From: Leucoraja ocellata
Lineage: Eukaryota
DNA length: 64,000 bases
Reading direction: 5' to 3'
Assembly (NCBI GenBank): GCA_036785375.1
Contig: JAWMAR010000105.1
Location: forward strand, 6,448,001-6,512,000
Shown: positions 23,126 to 36,067 of the stretch, in pieces
How positions within the stretch are numbered: position 1 is the stretch's first letter
Layout: each line of letters starts with the position of its first letter
The notes under the pieces: model-generated
Told to the model about the DNA's origin: nothing
The model's database searches: none
The model's input: the letters and a program-made list of their open reading frames with translations, nothing else
Made by a program: the position numbers and the translations under genes

Positions 23126-24796
23126 ATTTAGGAACTGGATATGGTTTGTAAATATTATTAACACTAGTTTACAGGATTATAATCCAGCAATGTGCTCAGA
23201 ACAGGAGATTTGAGAAAGGTAATCCAGGATATGGCTTGAAACAGAACATCCATGGCATCAATTCATGAGCAGAGCAAAAGGGGGCAGTGCTAATGGTTAA
23301 CCTGATAGATACCATAAATAGCCGAGAGTTGACCAGAGCTCTGTGAGAGTGGGGACTGCAGTTGGGCTCTGCGGTTGTCAAACTATATTGTTTTATTGGA
23401 ACTTGAGGCAGGGCAATAGCTTGCAGTCCGCAGGGCAGCGTATTTTAGTGCTATCAGTTGCTGGTACATCCCGTCCACAGGCCAATGACAAGTACTCAAT
23501 GCCAGACTTCTACAAAATGACAATGAAATAAGAGCAGCTGCTGAAAAGAAATGTGATTAAATGACATTAGGCCAAGTTCCATTTATATTTAATAGCAGGA
23601 TTTGTACATCTGGACAGAGGGAAAAGCAACGTGGATTGCCGACGTGGGGATTGGCGACAGATAGAGATTACTGATTAAAAGTACCAGCCGGGATTTGCCC
23701 ATGGCTTTTTTTTGAGAAAGAAATGCAGCTGTTTGAGGATAAGTGGGTTGATTTGAGATTTGCAAAGTAAAATATGCTTCAGATCCCTCTGGTGTGTGCT
23801 TGTGCGTAGCAGATGAGTGATGGGATGTGCAGAATTGCAACAATAGCACCAGCAGACACTAAACCATTGGATGCTCTCAGTGCGAGAGAGGCTCTCTAGT
23901 TAATTGTGTTTGTGCCAAGTCTTTGCCAGAAAAATCCAAAACCAATCCCACTGCCCTCCCCTCCCTGCAGACACGTATTTCGTTGTTTCATATGTTTATT
24001 CACGTCCCTTAAAAGAAAACCTATTGATATTAGATTGGTATCAGTTTCTCCCAGAAGTAAACTATTTCATACTTTCACAAAACACCAAGATAGTTTTCAT
24101 AACCTCTCCGCTCACTCCTGAGAATTAAAAACATTTTGTCTATTCCCCATTTCCCTGTGAATTCGGCTCAAGCCTGGTTGAGAATCTTAAGAGTTCAGGG
24201 CCGAGGGAGTAGTGGCTTTTAAACAAGAGGATCCCCTTCCCTTTCCATCAGGTCATAAAATGAGCAAGGTGTCATTCATTCACTGATGAAGCCCAAGGGC
24301 ATTTTCCCCATTAAATACAATGACTACTTGCTGTTCCTGTGACAGTTTTGCCAGATAAAGATGTCTTGACCTTTTCAAGATTCTGATTTGATTAAGAAGC
24401 TTGTGTGTGGCCTTGCATTATTTCTGCTCCGTCTGTTACTTGCTCCCTAGGCAGAGTATCCTTCTATTTCTAGTGTTCTATTTCTTGATTTTTTTTTTTC
24501 CTCTCCTTATGCTAAATTTACTACTTGGGACCTGAACTCAACACTCTCCCGATCTCCCTGACGCTACCCCATTCTGGTCAATTACCTTCCACCAGAATGA
24601 TACATACAGAATAAATTGCAATACACCATTGTTAACGAGACCCCAGCCAGCTTTTCTTTTACATTGATGGTTATACACATCAATTAATGTTTGCCCATTA
24701 GTCTTTTAAATAGTTAGAAGATGAAGGGTGGTACAGCGATGGTTTCAGCAGATCAAAAAACATAGCAGTTTAGGCCCCACATTTGGGCTCAATTAA

Positions 24797-25310
24797 TTAC
24801 ATAGAAACATAGAAACATAGAAATTAGGTGCAGGAGTAGGCCATTCGGCCCTTCGAGCCTGCACCGCCATTCAATATGATCATGGCTGATCATCCAACTC
24901 AGTATCCTGTACCTGCCTTCTCTCCATACCCCCTGATCCCCTTAGCCACAAGGGCCACATCTAACTCCCTCTTAAATATAGCCAATGAAGTGGCCTCAAC
25001 TACCCTCTGTGGCAGAGAGTTCCAGAGATTCACCACTCTCTGCGTGAAAAAAGTTCTTCTCATCTCGGTTTTAAAGGATTTCCCCTTTATCCTTAAGCTG
25101 TGACCCCTTGTCCTGGACTTCCCTAACATCGGGAACAATCTTCCTGCATCTAGCCTGTCCAACCCCTTAAGAATTTTGTAAGTTTCTATAAGATCCCCTC
25201 TCAATCTTTTAAATTCTAGAGAGTATAAACCAAGTCTATCCAGTCTTTCTTCATAAGACAGTCCTGACATCCCAGGAATCAGTCTGGTGAACCGTCTCTG
25301 CACTCCCTCT
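24797..25310 (-). mobile_element. Young 5'-truncated CR1 LINE
   Basis: Uninterrupted ORF LEGVQRRFTRLIPGMSGLSYEERLDRLGLYSLE...TRGHSL...FFTQRVVNLWNSLP and an 8-bp terminal repeat (catagaaa)3. Confidence 0.97.
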
Positions 25311-25441
25311 AATTCTTCCAGTCGTATCATTTCTGAAGGTTATTTTTGGTGGATTTTAATCCTGGTTCTGAATCTCTATAAATGTTGAGTATTCGTTGCT
25401 AATAAGACCCAATAAAGTACACCATCAGAAACTCGAACCAT

Positions 25442-25653
25442 GGCCACGGTGGCGCAGTGGTAGAGTTGCTGCCTTACAGCGCTTGCAGCGCCGGAGACCC
25501 GGGTTCAATCCCGACTATGGGTGCTGTCTGTATGGAGTTTGTACGTTCGCCCCGTGACCGCGTGGGTTTTCTACGAGATCTTCAGTTTCCTCCTACATTA
25601 AGTGGGCTGATGGGCCCGGTTCCGTGCCGTATCTCTAAACTAAACTAAACTAA
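25442..25653 (+). mobile_element. HE1-like SINE, internally deleted
   Basis: cacggtggcgcagtggtagag head, ggttcaatcc B-box, jump from core to tail, (ctaaa)n end. Confidence 0.9.
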
Positions 25654-28509
25654 CCATTTTTCCAATTTGACGAGATTTGACTCTCAAGTATTAATTCAGT
25701 GGATAAGTTTTTGAACCATGTTGTGTAAATAAGTGGTATGAATTTCTGCTGCAAGTGTAGGAAACAAATTTCCAATTATAAACAGTTGATGACTCAGGAT
25801 AATGAAATATTATAAATGTCACATAACTGTTCTTTAGTATTTTTTAATTTTGCAATGACACAACCATATTGCTTGTATTGCAGTTTATAGATGTCTTGAT
25901 TGAAACAAAATATTTTGGCAAGGGAAATATATCTATAAAAAATGGTCATTATTACCCTTGGGCTTTCTCTTAATTTCCGAGGTTTTCTTCCCTTTATGTG
26001 GAGTCTTAATTTATCATCACCAATAATTACTTGTTCCATCTCTGGCCTGCAAAACTTCTAATCGTTCTCACTTGGAAGCTTGGACAGTCAGAACAGCTTC
26101 CAAATATCTCCGATCCGTGCCTGATGCAGATCAATTGCATAATTGTTGCAGTGATTAATCAGCAGCTCTGCTCCGCCTGTATCATTCTACAAAGATAATG
26201 GAAGGTGAATTAAAGAGACCTTGGGCCGTCTTGCCTAATAATTCATTTTTATTGGCCAATAATTCCTCCGTACAATGTTGTCATTCCTTTTCAATAATAA
26301 CACTTCACTTTACATTGTAAAGAAAAATAAATGTGACCCATAATATCATTCAGAATGAACATCCTTGCGTTCTTAGTGCATCCTTGAAAGCTCGGTGCCA
26401 CTTATTTTTCTTTCTATCCCAATTATTGGAAAATCCATGTCAGAATATGAAGACAACCTTCATGCTTGAATGGTAGAAGGGAATACATCCTTTACTCTAC
26501 AAATTAATGACCCACTACCAAAAATCACAGTTTTCCCAAAGACCACTGTGCAGCCACAATGCCTTTTGATTTTGTTGGTGTACCATTTATTTTGAAAGGT
26601 TACAGATAAAGTTTTCTCCCAATACTGTTCATATAGTTGAAGGCTTCAAAGAACAAAGATCTATTCGTGTGTGTTTAATGAGAGTGAGCCAGTGTGTCCA
26701 GAATTAACAGTTACCCTTTTCAACTATAATTGGATTCCAGAACCCATAAAGATATCCAGCACACATACCTTGTGCTTTGGGCAAGTAGACTCTCAGTAGC
26801 AGATCGAGTTGCACAGGTGAACATTGTTGAGCATTCAGATTTAGAACAATACAATGAAGTGCTTGAAGGCGAGAAGATAGGAAAATATTTTGAAAAATAA
26901 CAGTTCACAGTAGTTTTAAAAATATTCTGCAAAATTGTAGCAGTTTCTTTGTAGATTTCTACAAAGCAGAAGTCACGTAACATTCCAAATCTAAGTTCAG
27001 ATCCCAAAATAGAATTAAATCTGCTCTATCAGAACCATAATTTATGTCAGTGAAACTTTTCTGGGTTACAGAAAAGCTGTAGATCAGTAGGTATTCTGAG
27101 AGTAATTTTATTTATCCCTTGTGGAGAGACTTTAATGTCAGGATGTAACCGTCTATCAGCAGAAAGCTTTCATTTCTGCTTTAATTAAATTTCTCCCCAT
27201 CCTTGTGTATACTAACTATCACACATTAACATGTTGCACATCCTGTCCAACACAAGTATTAATGAATCTTTGAGTAGAGGTGATGATAAAAGGAGAATTT
27301 ACCCAGGACAGAAATTGCTAATAATCAGACAATGTCTGAGCTTTGATTATAGAATCCTCTATCAAATTTCCAGATCTGTCTAGTTTTCTAATGACTGCCT
27401 AATGCCTGCCTCAATTAAGCAAGGGTTCCCTTATAATCCAAGCTTATCTTCAAAGTTTTTTTAAATCTTAAACAGGTACAATTCCTCATTACCCTCTCCA
27501 GTTTCACAACCCTGACATTTTTCCATTTTCCATTATTAGTATTCCATCTCGTCCATAATATGCATGTCTGAGGAATACTGTTACACCTTGGTCCTTGTTA
27601 GTTGTAGTATTGAAGTGCAGTTATTTAATATGCTAGACATGAGATGATGCTCTTACCACTGCATTGAATAATGAGGGCAGTACCAGTCACCTTATCCCCA
27701 TGATATCAATATAGCAGTTCCTCGGGCTTAGACATCTTCAACTGCTTCATCAAAGGCATACCTTGAACCAGAATTTCAGAAGTGGAGTTGTTTGCACGTC
27801 CAGTTCTGTTCCCAATTTCTCAGCTAATGTAGTTGTAGCCCATGTGCATCAAGCTTGAGGTAATAATTAGACTTTAGCTGACAAGTCATATTTTCATTAC
27901 TTTGTTAAGAAACAGCCACATTATTACTAGAATCAAACCCCAACCATCAACATCCTGGAGGCCACCATTAACCAGAGTCCTGATATAAATATCATGGCCA
28001 AGAAAACATTGTGATTGAAACCCTCATAAAATATGAAGCATCACTGGTGAAGTGACTATAAGAGCCAGCTTTGACCAATTCTGAAGGTACGGCAACAATC
28101 ATATTTGAAGGCCAGTCCACCATCCACCTGCAGTCATCACCAGCCTCACTCTGCACAATGAACACAGAATTCTTGCATCTACAAACACCTTGTCGCAGCC
28201 GATATCTACGCCTAACACACATCTTCACAGATGGCATGGACCTCAATTCACCATCTCCAGGGCATCTCAGAGACCATTCCATAGGAGGCATACAGGATGC
28301 CAGCATTGTTTACAAGGAGCCACTGTCTTATCAGAATACTAATGTCTGTCTAGGCCGTACTTTCTCAGGATGATCCTCATGGAGCTCTATGCTCATAAAA
28401 TCTCACGTACAAGCACACATATGTTCCTGGACAACACGTGGTCGAGGACCGTGTCTCTGTCAATGAATTACAAATGTTCTCAAATGGGTCATAAGGTATA
28501 TGATCAGAG

Positions 28510-29140
28510 GAGCATGGATCAGGAGTAGTAAACTCAGCTGCTCAAGCCTGCTCTACCGTTTAATATGATCATAATTGATCTAACTGCAACTCAACTTCAC
28601 ACACCCATCTCCCCAACACTAAGCCTTCACTCTCTTGCTAATCAACGATCTATTTAACCCAGCCCAAAATATATCACTTTGCTTTCACTGATCTGCGAGG
28701 AAGAGAGTTGCAGAGACAGAAGACCAGCTGAAAGATGTGCACCGGGAAGATTGGCTTGCTTTGTAGGTATTTGGCCTCTGACATTATCTCAAGGGAAAAG
28801 TAAATGTAATTTAAATGAGGAATGAAGTTGCCTTTTTTCCAAGGATGGATGGTGATGACAAATAGACTTTCTCAACAATGCCTCTGGTTCTGAGTAAGCC
28901 CCTGTTGCTACATAGAAACATAAAAAGATAGAAAAATATGTGCATGAGTAGGCCATTCGGCCATTTGAGCCAGCATTGCCATTCATTGCTGATCATCTAA
29001 AATCAGTACCCCGACCTTGCTTTTTCCCCATATCCCTTGATTCCTTTAGCTCAGAGAGCTAAATCTAACCCTCTCTTGAAAACATCCAGCGAATTGGCCT
29101 CCGCTACCTTCCGTGGCAGAGAATTCCACAGATTCACAAC
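28510..29140 (-). mobile_element. Two CR1 3' tails (older 28510-28720, younger 28910-29140)
   Basis: catagaaacata...gagtaggccattcggcc...ggcagagaattccacagattcacaac. Confidence 0.8.
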
Positions 29141-29539
29141 ATCTAGCTGAGACGGAGGAAGGAAGGCTCTGTCCATTTTTGGCTCAGTAGATGTCATAGC
29201 TGCAGTATGAAGGTTGCAGTGAGAGATTGGATCATTCTAATGAAGACTACTTGTAAGGTTGTGGTAGCTGAAATAATGTTGCAACTGTAAGTGATTTTAA
29301 AGTGAGCGTGCAGGGAGTGGTGGACGTAACGGGATTTACAAGTACCTTTCCCTGATCAGACGCTGTATCTTGGTACATCCACATGTGTGTCCTCTTGAGG
29401 TTGCCGGATGCCTGTGAGGCCCCTGTGGCTGTGGGTCTGGGCTGAGTAGTTCTCCATCCTCGACTTCCTCTTCCGCCAGGTGCACGTTTTCACCCGAGTA
29501 CTTCTGCTGTCTGGCCTCAACCTGCAATGCTTCAGCTCA

Positions 29540-29683
29540 TCTGAAGAAGGATCTCGACCCGAAACATCGCCCGTCCTTTCTCTCCAGAAATGCTGCCTGT
29601 CCCGCTGAGTTACTCCAGTGTCTCCCTTCAATTTTGTGTCTACCGTCAATTTAAACCAGCATCTGCAGTTCTTTCCTACACGG
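29540..29683 (+). mobile_element. PLE terminal-repeat element with 12-bp TSD
   Basis: TSD ttcagctc(a/g)tct at 29531-29542 and 29684-29695. Core CUGAAGAAGGAUCUCGACCCGAAACAUC; ends ...ctgcagttctttcctacac. Confidence 0.85.
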
Positions 29684-30394
29684 TTCAGCTCGTCTAATGG
29701 CCAAATTATCCAGCAGACCACACTAATATAAGTAACTATGGCTGGTGATTGCTGCAGGGTATCACTGCCACTGGTGCTGGACATTAACGTCGCACTTTCA
29801 GCAGCCCTGCCGTGGTCTCTGCTAAGGTCCGTGGCTGTGACATTGTCCAGTTGGTATGCTTGTGAGTGGAGATGGCTGAACAGGGGAGTGAGGGGTTGGG
29901 AGGGGATATGGCTTTGTCCCTCAAAGTCCATCCTTAAGGGCAGTGCAGCCCCTGAATAATGAGAAGCAGTTGTGAACATTTCTGAATGAATGAGCCGTAG
30001 GAGTTGCCGCATCATATGGAATTGGCCATCAAATTCCGGTTTACAATGCCATGCATGTTGTGAGAATGTAGCCCTTCCTATCAGTGATCGTTTGTGGGTT
30101 TGTTAATGGAAACTCCAACAAGTGTGGTGTAGGCGTGTCTGCACAATGGGCAGTCCTCTGTCTTTGGGTTTTGGACCAGAGGGTCAACTCAGCACTGCAG
30201 GCTAATGCTTCTGGAGCAGAGAGGGTTGTGGTTCTGTCTTCTCCTGGGGTTTGAAGGAAGGCAGAGAAGGAGATGGAGAGATATGTAGGACTGCAGGGGA
30301 AGAGAGAGCTGCAGGAAAATGGAAAGAGGGACAATGGCGAAGGGAGGCAGAGTGCGTGTGAGAAAATAAGTGTTACTAATCAAGCCTTATCAAT

Positions 30395-30590
30395 CTCCAC
30401 TTTAAATATACCCAATCTTGGGTACTTAAAAATACCCATTAAACTCATGGGGCCTTTATCTCCATACTACCCATAAACCCACTGTCCCTAAACCTTGTGG
30501 CCACTGTGTCCCATTGACCCTAAACCCATGGGATCGCTGTGTCCCACACACCCCCTAACCTCTCTGGACCTCATCCTTTATCCCAGTGGT
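30395..30590 (-). repeat. Degenerate ~35-bp minisatellite
   Basis: Recurring cccattaaactcatgg / cccataaacccactg / ccctaaacccatgg / ccctaacctctctgg. Confidence 0.45.
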
Positions 30591-32395
30591 CCAAGCTTCC
30601 TTGCTGTCACTGAATTACTGTAGAAATCTAATAAAAGGATGCATGACATGCGATTTATGGACTTCACATCATCCATGCTGCACTGGAGCATCAACCTAGA
30701 ACATGCTTGTAAGTCTCTAAAAAGCAAGTCCACCAGCTGCCGTTTGCAAACTCAGCCTGGCACCTCGATTTCCTCATGTACGCCAAGCGAAAACAACAAA
30801 GGAATTGATTCCCTCCCAACCAACACTTCAAGATAGCGGCAGGGTGTTTATTCCCTGCATCTTATGACCTCCAGCCATTCGTGACGTTAGCATTTCATTC
30901 TTTGTTTGCGAGTGATGTAGATTAATGAGTTAGATTTCTTTAAATAAATCAATGACTGACTTAATCTCATTGTACTAGTGATTTTGTGGAACTTATTTTC
31001 CTCCCAATGTAATTTTACTGAGGTAGGACTTTGGCTGGTCATAAAAAGCAACGTCCATTTCCTAGCATTGGTAAATGAACACAAGTACACTCCCTTATTC
31101 CTTGTCGACATCACAGCAGGTGTCCCTGTGGCAGACGATCTTTAAGATTGTACAGCAGACAATAAACACTCTGCATATTTAACAATTCTGAAGCCATTAA
31201 ATAAATGGTTGCCACATTGGAAAACATTCCAAAGGCCATACCACCTCTCTATTCCCTTCTGATACTGCAAGATCAGAACAAAACCTAATATTTATATTCC
31301 GCCTTTAATGTAATAAAGTGCCCAGTGCACTTCCCAGGAGCATTTCGGACTCGTTTGCAGGAATGTTCTGAGCTGTAGAATTTTATAATGCATTAACGGA
31401 GTAATGCTCTGGGAACCTGTTATATTTTTTTGATGGATAGCTTGCTGACTTGCGATTCTGTAGCCCCACTTATATTGGTAGAAGAGTATTGTACCTAGCA
31501 CCCTCCTGCTCGGGTTTTGTGGCTTTCAGCGGGTCTGTGGAAGGATTCGTTGCAAAGAGAGCCAGGATTTTCCCTGGTCAGCTGCCAGTTCCTGTTTAGA
31601 GTCGCTTTATTTCAGACTGTGAGTGGATTAGGTGTTATGGGTTCAAAGGATGGCTCCCGTCTTGTAGAATTAGGACCTACTTGATTAAGTGTAGGAGCGT
31701 GGAGCTTGTATGCGCACATTCAGGATATAACAGCAATGTGGATTTAATTGTTTAATACTCATTTGCGCTGCTTTTTAACATGTGGAAGAATCAGTCTTTT
31801 TTGCTCTGTGTAGTAACAACATTGGATTCTCTCCAACAATGTTCTGGACTTGCTTTTCTGTGAAGGAAGAAATTCAGACTCTTGAATCGGGTCTCTTTCA
31901 AAGGCCAGTGCTCCCACTCTTCAAATGCTTTGTCCTTGTTTCCACAATCCTTCACTGCCTCATCTTTGAGCGTCACTAGTTAATTGCCTTCAAGTTGACG
32001 TATTCTGAGTTGTTCTGTCACCTACCCAAGCTAGAACTTTCAGGAATTCCCTCTAAGAACTGGTCACTATCCTCTCACCTCCTTTAAGATATCTTTTGAA
32101 ACCTAGTTCATTGACCAAGGTTTTGAGCCAGTATCTCTTTTTGTGGCCAGCTATTGATAGTGCGGTTGTTACAGTAAGTAGCTAAAGATCCCAGATATGT
32201 GCTTGTAGTTGGCTTTCCAGAAAGATGGCTTGAGGTTGTATAGAATTGTTCAATGGAAGCTTGTAAGTTTGGAGGAAGAGAATGTTACCTGTGATCTGGT
32301 GTTCATACTGATCCAGTGGAGACCTAGGATCGTGTCACCATTCTGAATGGCAAAGGAGGCAGCTCTACAATTGCAATATTATGATGCTGGTGCAG

Positions 32396-32696
32396 GGACG
32401 GCACGGTGGTGCAACTGTATAGTTACTGCATTAGAGTGCCAGAGACCCAGGTTCGATCCTGACTACGTGTGCCATCTGTATGGAGTTTGTACGTTCTCCC
32501 TGTGACTGCATGTGTTTTCTCCGGGTGCACTGGTTTCCTCCCACATCCCAAAGACGTACAAGTTTGTAGGTTAATTGGCTTTGGTAATAATTGTAAAATT
32601 GGCCCTAGTATATAGGACAGTATTGGTGTACGGGGTAATCAATGGTCGGCACGGACTCAGTGGGCTGAAGAGCCTGTTTCCGGGCTGTACATCTAG
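32396..32696 (+). mobile_element. Full-length HE1-like SINE
   Basis: ggcacggtggtgcaac head, ggttcgatcc B-box, conserved core and tail. Confidence 0.92.
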
Positions 32697-33112
32697 GTTA
32701 TAATAATTGATAGAGATAGGTTTCTTTAAAGGATGACTGATGCAATTTCCTCCTTCAGAAGAGGGAAGATATTGTAAAATGACCATTTATAATTTAGAGG
32801 AGTATTCAATTCTTTGCATGTTTGGATCCCAGTCAGCGAGTCGGAACAGGAATCTATGGGTTTATGAGGTCAATATGAGTCTAGCCGTGAGCCCCTCACC
32901 TCCCTGACCTCCACCCTGTCCATAGTGAGCTAGTGCCTTCCAGCTGTAGTTGTGAATAATCGTCAGAGATCAGTCCTCTAAACTTTGAGTTTGGGAGGAG
33001 TTAGGGCTGTCATTTGGAGGGACTGTGCCATCATCCTGCTGAATGTGTACAGGTTTAGATAGCTGCAAAGGATGACATTGGGTTTGTCAGTGAATTCTGT
33101 TGCTTATGATCA

Positions 33113-33372
33113 GGACTTTGCACGTTCTCCCTCCGGCCGTGTGGGTTTTCTCTGGGTGCTCTGGTCTCCTCCACATTCCAAAGACATGCAGGTTTGCAGG
33201 TTAATTGGCTTCTGTAAATTGTCCCTAACATGTAGGATAGAACTAGTGTATGGATGATAATTGTTCGGCACAGACTTGGTGGGCCTAAGGGCCTGTTTCC
33301 ATGCTGTATCTCTAAACTAAACTAAACTAAACTAAAAATGAAGTGTGTAGGAAGGAACTGCAGATGCTGGTT
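33113..33372 (+). mobile_element. 5'-truncated HE1-like SINE followed by a ~28-bp PLE-repeat end
   Basis: SINE core with (ctaaa)4 tail to ~33336, then tgtgtaggaaggaactgcagatgctggtt. Confidence 0.85.
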
Positions 33373-33805
33373 AAAATGAAAAATGACTTTCTCATCAATA
33401 ATTGTCACTTGATTCATGGAAAGACAGGTCTCCCTATAATTGCAGCACAGGGTACCTGAGGCAGAAGGTTCCTGATTTGTCAGCCACGTGAGAAATAATA
33501 TTACAGCTAATAAAAGTCACTGGGTAGCATAATGACTTTCAAAGCCTGTTTAGATATTCTCTTTCTATATTTTCAAAAACAGTCAGCATCGCCTTATGAG
33601 GTACAATGGAAACTCTTTACAGCAGTTATCCGTGAAAGACAGACATGCCGGAAAAAGGTCGACACCAAAGAAGAAAGACATTGGCCTAGCCGCTGGTAAA
33701 GGGTTCTGACTTAAGAGTTCTGAACCTTTCGCATACTCTGTCATCCTCTTGAGCTGGGCAAAATGTTAGTCCAAGGTTTGCAGATATTTATTGAGAAAAA
33801 CTCCT

Positions 33806-33965
33806 CAATAAGTTTAAAGGGTTTGTGGGAACCAGGGCCCCAGTGAGTTGCAAGGAAGCATAAGTACCGGAATTCCAATTGGTTTCAAGGGAGCACTGGA
33901 AATGGGGTACCAGTAAGTTTAAAGAGGGTGGGGACCAAGGCACCAGTGAGTTTTAAGGGAGAGCA
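33806..33965 (+). repeat. Degenerate 35-bp minisatellite, about 4.5 units
   Basis: Unit starts caataagttt (33806), cagtgagttg (33841), caattggttt (33876), cagtaagttt (33911), cagtgagttt (33944). Confidence 0.65.
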
Positions 33966-34350
33966 GGAAACATTATCTACTAAGTCAGATGGCAATTCAT
34001 TGGCTTTCAGAATAATAGTATAGTGAATTATCCAAATTATTACAAACCATCAAATTCTTTCAGATGATGGAAATCAGGATGTTTTACAGTTTACTCATGT
34101 TCAATATGAAGGCCGCAGATTGTTCTGCTTTATGGCCAATGGGAAGGAAAGCAAGTGGTTTCAACTGTCTGATGCTGGTGTACCTCATTAACCTACTTCT
34201 CTTTAGTTTTTTCAAGTTTGCCTACAACAGACTTCCAGCCTTCCTGCTTTTGCTTCCCTTTTCTGTGCATAATAAAATAGAAACATACTTGCTGTAGAAA
34301 TAATTGATCCAGGTTGGCAGCCAGTATAGGGCAGATTGGGTGTAAGCCGT

Positions 34351-34435
34351 GGTACACAAAAATGCTGGAGAAACTCAGCGGGTGCAGCAGCATCTATGGA
34401 GCGAAGGAAATAGGCAAAGTTTCGGGCCGAAACCC
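34351..34435 (-). mobile_element. Truncated PLE terminal-repeat element (UUCG subfamily)
   Basis: Nearly identical to 13875-13960, but cut within the core so CUGAAGA is absent. Confidence 0.85.
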
Positions 34436-35293
34436 ATTAAGGTGCCAAGACGTGGGCTTGAGTTTGACTCCAGCTGATACTGGCCACAGAGGCATGAGCT
34501 TGACCTTAACTTCCTCTTCTAGACAGTAGATGACAGCTGATTCCTGGATTAAAGTTCTGATTTAGGCTCTGAAGGTCTCTTCAAGTTCCCAGTGAGACAT
34601 CAAAAGGCAGTCTGGGTTTTCCTGCATAGGCCAATGCAGCAGCACAAGGCATTGGGGTCTGGAGAGGGACACAACTGCATGGATTGTTTTTAGTACTTGT
34701 GTGACCCTGGTGAACCAGAGGCCTCCAGAATCCCACCCACTTGATCCAGTACCTGGAGCTTATCAGTTGAAGACCTCCTGGTCCTAATTGATAGCAGAGC
34801 TCCTTGGGGTTTGCTGAGAGATGGCCAATGCTTCTCATCAAATGAGCTTCTCTGCAGAGGTCCTTGTTGGAAGTTAAATTTAGCGTGGTAAAGTGGCACT
34901 AGAGGCTATCAGACAGTTGCCTGTGGACACTGAATTGGAGAATGTATCATCAAATTTAATGAGCCCCAGGAGAGATCATTAATGAGAAAACATTTGAGAC
35001 TTTTTTCAAAGTTTTATGAAAATTGCTTGGCTAGGGCTGTCGATTACCTTGGTTCGCACCTTCAAACCAAGATCTAAAATGTGCTTGTATCTATCTGCTT
35101 GACAAGGTGAACTGTAGGTGAAAAGAATGGTGCTTGCTGAGGATATTGTGGAATTTTCCTTCTATTTGTGGCTTACAGTACATTTCACTTGAGGTGCAGC
35201 GGTGTAGAATGCATGCCGGAGTGGGTTGGAGGTGGATGGGCAAAGATGTCATAAGTAACCGGAGTAAGATCTGGACAACCATTCATTTGATAG

Positions 35294-35400
35294 ACACAAA
35301 GTGCTGGAGTAACTCAGCGGGTCAGGCAACATCTGACTGAGTTACTCCAGCACCTTGTGTCTTATCTTTGATGTAAACCAGCATCTGTAGTTCCTTGCTT
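35294..35400. mobile_element. Small inverted PLE-repeat element with 12-bp TSD
   Basis: TSD ttcatttgatag at 35282-35293 and 35401-35412. Arms gacacaaagtgctggagtaactcag and ctgagttactccagcaccttgtgtc. Confidence 0.85.
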
Positions 35401-35514
35401 TTCATTTGATAGCCTAGCTACTCTGTCCTGCAGGTTTGTCTACGATTGCTTTGGCGTCATTATCGACCATTATTCTTTTCCAACCAGGATTATTTTACCT
35501 CGGTTGGGAAGCCT

Positions 35515-36050
35515 TGATTATAGAAACATAGAAAATAGATGCAGGAGTAGGCCATTCGGCCCTTCGAGCCAGCACAGCCATTCAATATGAGCATATCTGA
35601 AAATACACGAACTTTGGTGAGAGGAGAGCACCCGCATTTTACTGCCCTTGAAGTTGGCTCCTCTGTTGGTAAACTGCTAGGAATCTTGATGTAGCACTCT
35701 TGATGAGGTGAAGATAATGGTTCTGATAAGAACAGAAGAACACATGAACAGGTTTCCAGCAGCTGTAGGAGCAGTCGACTAGGCACCTCAAGCCTACCCT
35801 GCCATTTAAAATGGTCATGTTTGATCGATGCTGGCCTTAGCAACTCTCATGTGCCAGTTCCCCATAACCCTTGATCTTTCAAATATTTATCTGTCTTCAC
35901 CATCAATATATCTAATGGCCTGGCCTCCATCACTCTCGGGGCAGAAAGTTTCAAGAATCTCTGGGAGAAGAAATTTCTATGCACATAATTTTTAGATAAT
36001 CAAGCCCTTATTTAACAGCAATGCACCGTTGATTGTCCCCTCTCCCACTT
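35515..36050 (-). mobile_element. CR1 tail fragments (35515-35590 young, 35750-36050 old)
   Basis: tagaaacatagaaaatagatgcaggagtaggccattcggccc..., and further on gagaagaaatttct. Confidence 0.7.
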
Positions 36051-36067
36051 TTGAAAACATCTCCACA

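Noticed and set aside
22678-23131. Mirror ORFs on both strands (MERRNW...)
   Set aside because: Artefact of the palindromic element.
29356-30015. 219-aa ORF, the longest in the window
   Set aside because: Reads through an inserted PLE repeat and shows no coherent domain; at most a decayed transposon remnant.
31950-32130. Possible L2-type LINE 3' ends (also near 41300-41420 and 54040-54200)
   Set aside because: Resemblance is too faint to set boundaries or a family without a search.
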